A stretch of DNA of 64,000 nucleotides, taken from the NCBI GenBank assembly GCA_051294375.1, contig CM119268.1, positions 3,884,799 through 3,948,798 of the forward strand, in the 5' to 3' direction. Positions 41,929 through 64,000 of this stretch are shown piece after piece. The notes under the pieces are model-generated. The model was not told where the DNA came from. It saw only the letters and a list, made by a program, of their open reading frames with translations, and made no database searches. The position numbers and the translations under genes are program-made. The first letter of the stretch is position 1. Every line of letters begins with the position of its first letter. This DNA is from Paraspadella gotoi. Taxonomy: Eukaryota; Animalia; Chaetognatha.

Positions 41929-42334
41929 TAAGTTCAATGTCTAATTTTCGTTGTATTTGTTGTTATAATCATAGTTTTAAAAATAAGTTTAGTAAAGAAA
42001 TCACTACTTTCGGATTTATGTCGGACTCTTATGAGCCAGATTGCTTCTTGAAGAAAGAATTATTTTATACAATCCTTCACCCTTCAGATGTAAACTTACC
42101 AATATTATTTTATTTTTTCTCATCATAACTTTCCTATCTTCAACATTACTTACCTTTTAATTTTGACCCGCATTGTTTAAAAAAGGAAACTTTAAAGATA
42201 ATGTTTCATTCATTGGTTAGACGGTACGTGATTTATTTTTATCATTCAGCTATATTTTTATATATATATTTTTTGTATATATTTTTCAATTCTAAAAAAA
42301 GTTAAAACTCACGCGACAGAGTCGGAGACGCAAG

Positions 42335-59600
<17,266 letters not shown>

Positions 59601-60334
59601 CGACAGAACACCACGGAAACAATAACAACAACAACAACGTTAACAACAACAAACGCTGGCCGTCTCCTGTCTCTCTTTCTTTCTATACTGTATCCACTAT
59701 CTTTTCACTCTTTTTCCGTCAAGTGTAGACCAAGAGGAAATATTACTATTATTACTTCTTTCCTTAATTCTTCTAAAACTTTTTTGGGTGGGAGAACCAG
59801 TAGCCGAAACAACATTTAATTAAAAACAGAAGAAGAACAAATATTTTCTGTTTGAAACGAAACAGAGTGCTTTGCATAAATTTTCTTTGTCTACGATCAA
59901 GTTGTAATGTTTATTTTGTATTCCCTATAATATTTATTATCTATGATCAAGATCACATCAAACCTTTATTATTATTAATTACATTGGCGTGAATTGATCG
60001 TTTCTTCCCAAGTTGCCACATTTAATTTATTCTCGCATCCGCTGTTACCAAAAGAATGTTAAGTCACACGTCATCGATGAAATACAATTTTGATTCTTAA
60101 TTATGCTTTCTTTTTTCTAAGTTTATAACTTAATAGTTGATTATTATCAGAATTTAAATTATTTTTTAAGGAGATTAAAATGAAAAAAAATAATCGTTAA
60201 CGACAATCATTTTGTAAATTTTACATTACAAGTACAGCAGAAGGTAAGAGTTATCGTTAAATTAATGTCTGAGACGCTCTTTCACTTTTCCTACCTAAGG
60301 TCTACGACATTAACTAGCAAGTACAGTAGTAGTA

Positions 60335-60366
<32 letters not shown>

Positions 60367-61163
60367 TTACTATTATAGGTTTAATTAACTATCAAAACCT
60401 GAAATGCACCGCTTAAAAAAATCAAAATATAGCAAGCAGTATTGGCTTACATTCTACTCCAACAATCGAGCAATGTGTACTTGGCCGGAACAGGTTGAAA
60501 ACTAGAAGTTTTAGAATAATGGTGAAGTGACTGTTAGAGAATATGAAAATAAAAATAATTTAAAAAAAATTATCTTATTAATAAGCGCACGAAAGATTAT
60601 TTTATTACTATATAAAGTTAAAATTTTTTAATAGATTCTGATAGAGCTTTAAAAAAGGTTATCAATAAAAATTTTAAAAAACCATAAAATTCAGCCAATG
60701 ATGATAATGATGATGATTTTTTAACGTTTTTTTTGTTTTTAACCAATTTCTTATCAAAATTTTAAAATATTGTAGTACTAACTTTCATTTAACTTTTCAA
60801 GCTTTATAGGAATCCGTTCTTAAAAATAAATTTTTAAAAGTTTTTTTGTCATTTTGAAGACGCTGTCGGATCAAAAAGTGCCAAAAAGTCCCCCTTTAAT
60901 TTGTTATATTAATAAATATTTCAAAGCTTCAGTGCAACAACCCAATGAACTAATTCAAAAAGTTGCATTGAAAATCGATTTAGTAATAGAAGGAAAAAAG
61001 AAATTTTTTTAAGAGAATTAGAAGTTATAAAAAGTGTTCAATTTTGGCCCGCCTTAATGCTTACGTATATTGTACGTATAAACTTAAAAGTAACCCACTG
61101 TAAGTGTAAGTGTAAGTGTAACTTTAATTTAAATGAGGGAGTACATTGTACGCTGCTCTTTTG

Positions 61164-61253
<90 letters not shown>

Positions 61254-61986
61254 GTCTGCTTCTCCTTTGCCTTCGCCCCCTCGGCCATGTGACGTCATCG
61301 TTATCACTAAACACGAAAAAACCGTCACCGCCGCCGACGCCGCTGCCGGACGCCGCCGACACTGTCGACACCGCTTCCGATACGGCTTCCGTTAATTACG
61401 TTCCGTTTCACATCCGCATCTACGACGAATCGTCGCTCGTTCGTCGTGAATTCGTCGCAAATTCCGTATATCCGTCCGCGTGGACCGTACTTCTGTTCGT
61501 CCTTCAGTCCCCTTCAACAGGATATAATCCGATACGCACGTGTTTCCATCAATTCGCTCGGGATTTAGAAAGAGAGCGAGCGAGTGCAGAGAGAGAGAGA
61601 GAGCGACCGAGAGAAAAAAACAATGCGAGAGAGCGAGAGATTTCCCGGATGTGTTACAATTTTTGATCGTGGCTCGCCGAACGGATAGAGAGAGAGAGCG
61701 AAATTGTAATTTAATTATGAAGAGAGAAAGAGACAGAATGCTGCGTCCACAGGCTGCTTTTCGGTCCCATTGGGTTTTTCTCCGTCGCAGTTATTGATAG
61801 CGAATCGGTTATTTGTTTCGTATTTTGAATTATTATCTACGAGCTTGAGTATAAATTTTTTAGATTTTTTAGATGTAATCTTTAACTAGCCTTTTTACTA
61901 ATCTGACTGTTTTAAATTACCACGAAAACTTCAAATTGTATGTCATATTTGTCATTGTATTATTTTTCTCTCTTTTCGTTGCTAAG

Positions 61987-62127
61987 TGAATATTAAGAAT
62001 TGTTTATTTATGTGCCAATACAACGATTTTTTTATTATTAGTAGTACATGTTTCGACTCTGTTGGTTTTAGTCTTCATCAGCTTTGAAGCTTGTATTGGC
62101 ACAAAAATAAACAATTCTTAATATTCA
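61987..62127. mobile_element. 37-bp inverted repeat pair enclosing a hammerhead motif (Penelope-like remnant)
   Basis: Arms 61987-62023 and 62091-62127 are near-perfect reverse complements. Confidence 0.7.
62041..62086 (-). ncRNA. Minimal type I hammerhead ribozyme motif
   Basis: Minus strand reads AG-CTGATGA-A-GACT-aaaaccaacag-AGTC-GAAAC-ATGTA-CT: intact core, 4-bp stem II, palindromic ACATGT helix III and a GUA cleavage triplet. Helix I is weak. Confidence 0.7.
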
Positions 62128-62354
62128 TATTTGTCATAAAATAATTAATTCGAACCTAAAACCTCGTTCCTTAAATTCATTCACATTTCCTTTGTAAAGT
62201 CCTGACGACCGCTTATTATTCAATACGGTTAGCGGGGCCCGTCGTCTGCTGTCCGTCGGCTGCGGAAAGAAGCTGCATGTAAACAAAAGACTTTAATATT
62301 GTATAAAGAGTGTAAACATTATTATTAGTAGCTCCCGTCAGCTTTAACTAAATA

Positions 62355-64000
62355 ATGGCGACGACCACCACCCCTCCAATTCTCGAAACCTTCAACGATG
62401 TGGCGGAGGCTTCGACTGTCGCCTCGGAGCCCGCCTCCCGCTCCGAGTCACCCACGAGCGAATCTTCCAGCGACACCGTCACCAGCCACGCCTCCTCTTC
62501 CTCCGCCGGTGTGTTCTCGACGTCGACTTCCACCGAGACGCCGCTCAACCTTCCCGCGTCTCCGGAATTGGCCTCCAAGCCGGAAACGGATCCCGACTCC
62601 GGCGTCAAGGAATCCCTGGCCGAAATGAAGAAGGAGAACGATCTCATCGAGAAAGAACTGGAGGAGGAAAACAAGCGCGAGGAGTTGCTGCATTCGGCCA
62701 ATCGCGGAGACTCTGAGCAAAAATACCAGCAGCTCCGCTATCTGCTGGAGAAGAGCACCACCTATACCGACTACCTCTTCCGGCGGATGGAGGCGCAGCG
62801 GGAAAAGAGCCGGAAAAAGGCGGAGAAGCGGGAAAAGAAGCGGGCGATGATACTGCAGGAGGAGCGGGAAGCGGCTGTTGCTGCGGAGGAAAAAAGCGGC
62901 AAGAAGAGGAAGAGGATCGAAGACGAGGAAGACTCGGCGGCCAAGCGCTCCAAGGCCGAAGACGGTCGCCCGGTTGTCAAAGAGGAAACGGTTGTCGACG
63001 CCGAGGGCGGCATCCTTCCTGTGGTGGAAAACCTCGCCCAAGTCGTGGCCGGCCTCCGCCCCGACGCTTTCAGCCGCTCGGTGAACGGGGAGAAGGTGTC
63101 AGATCTGCAACCGCGCCTCGTCTCCGGCGGGGTCTTGCGGGATTACCAGATCAAGGGTTTCGTGTGGATGAAGGGACTCTTCGAAAACGCCATAAATGGC
63201 ATCCTCGCCGACGAGATGGGTCTCGGCAAGACGGTGCAATGCATCTCCCTCGTGGCGCATCTGGTCTCACAAAAATGCGAAGGCCCATTTTTGATCGTCG
63301 CTCCCCTCTCCACCGTCCCCAACTGGTTCTCCGAATTCAAGAGATTCACGCCTCTCTTGCCTGTGATGGTTCATCACGGGGCCAAAGAGGCGCGACTGGC
63401 GGGAGCGAGAAAGATCGGCAAGGTGAGTTATGGGGTGATATTTAGTGATTTATTAAATTTGTTTAAAAGCTTTTGATAAATGTCAGGTCCGCCCCGTTGG
63501 TCCTTTTTTCTCCCGTCCCGTGGTCATCACCTCCTACGAGATGATCATCCACGATCGACGAGTCATCGGCCGCTTCCCCTGGAAATGCATCATCGTGGAC
63601 GAAGGTCACCGCATCAAAAACATGAACTGCCGTCTTATTCGGGAGCTCAAGCTCTTCGATTCGTGCAACCGGCTTCTGCTCACCGGAACCCCGCTCCAGA
63701 ACAATCTGGCCGAGCTCTGGTCGCTGCTCAACTTTCTTCTCCCCGACATCTTCGACGACTTGAATTCGTTCGAGTCTTGGTTCGACATGAGCCTCGTTAC
63801 GGACGAGGGCGGACAGGAGGCCATCCTTCGCGCAGAACGAGAGAACAATGTCCTCTCGATGCTCCATCGCATCCTCGAGCCTTTCCTTCTCCGCCGGCTT
63901 AAGAGCGACGTCCACCTGGACATTCCGCCCAAGCGAGAGGTGCTCGTCTACGCGCCGCTGACCGCCGAGCAGCGGGAGCTATACCAGTCGGCCGTCAACC
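62355..64000 (+). CDS. HELLS: Lymphoid-specific helicase (LSH/DDM1 subfamily SNF2 ATPase), 5' part
   Basis: Exon 62355-63422 ([38 protein letters not shown]) and exon from 63487 ([64 protein letters not shown]). Confidence 0.93.

Overview
Eukaryotic (animal-like) genomic DNA with AT-rich, microsatellite-laden introns and GC-rich exons. The assembly is error-prone, with two N gaps and many apparent indels. In order, the window holds: an unknown multi-exon gene (-), divergent tRNA-iMet and tRNA-Lys genes, and a tRNA-bearing TRIM. A PTPN1/PTPN2-like phosphatase is complete on the - strand at 20.3-26.0 kb, with a 5'-truncated inverted copy across a gap. A striated-type myosin II heavy chain gene (42.3-59.6 kb) has a partial 5' duplicate at 27.7-32.9 kb, and a HELLS/LSH gene runs off the end. 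The most notable observations are five. (1) Two TenA/thiaminase-like genes are nested antisense in a 9 kb myosin intron. (2) The myosin appears to have only a short rod. (3) At least two families of miniature LTR elements carry tRNA-derived LTR segments and 4-bp TSDs. (4) GC donors, one GA donor and AAG acceptors are unusually frequent. (5) A 33-36 kb array of regularly spaced short ORFs, most preceded by a branch-point-like motif, an acceptor and a Kozak ATG, suggests a trans-spliced polycistron or viral/mobile cargo. Exon structures were derived by hand and no database searches were run.
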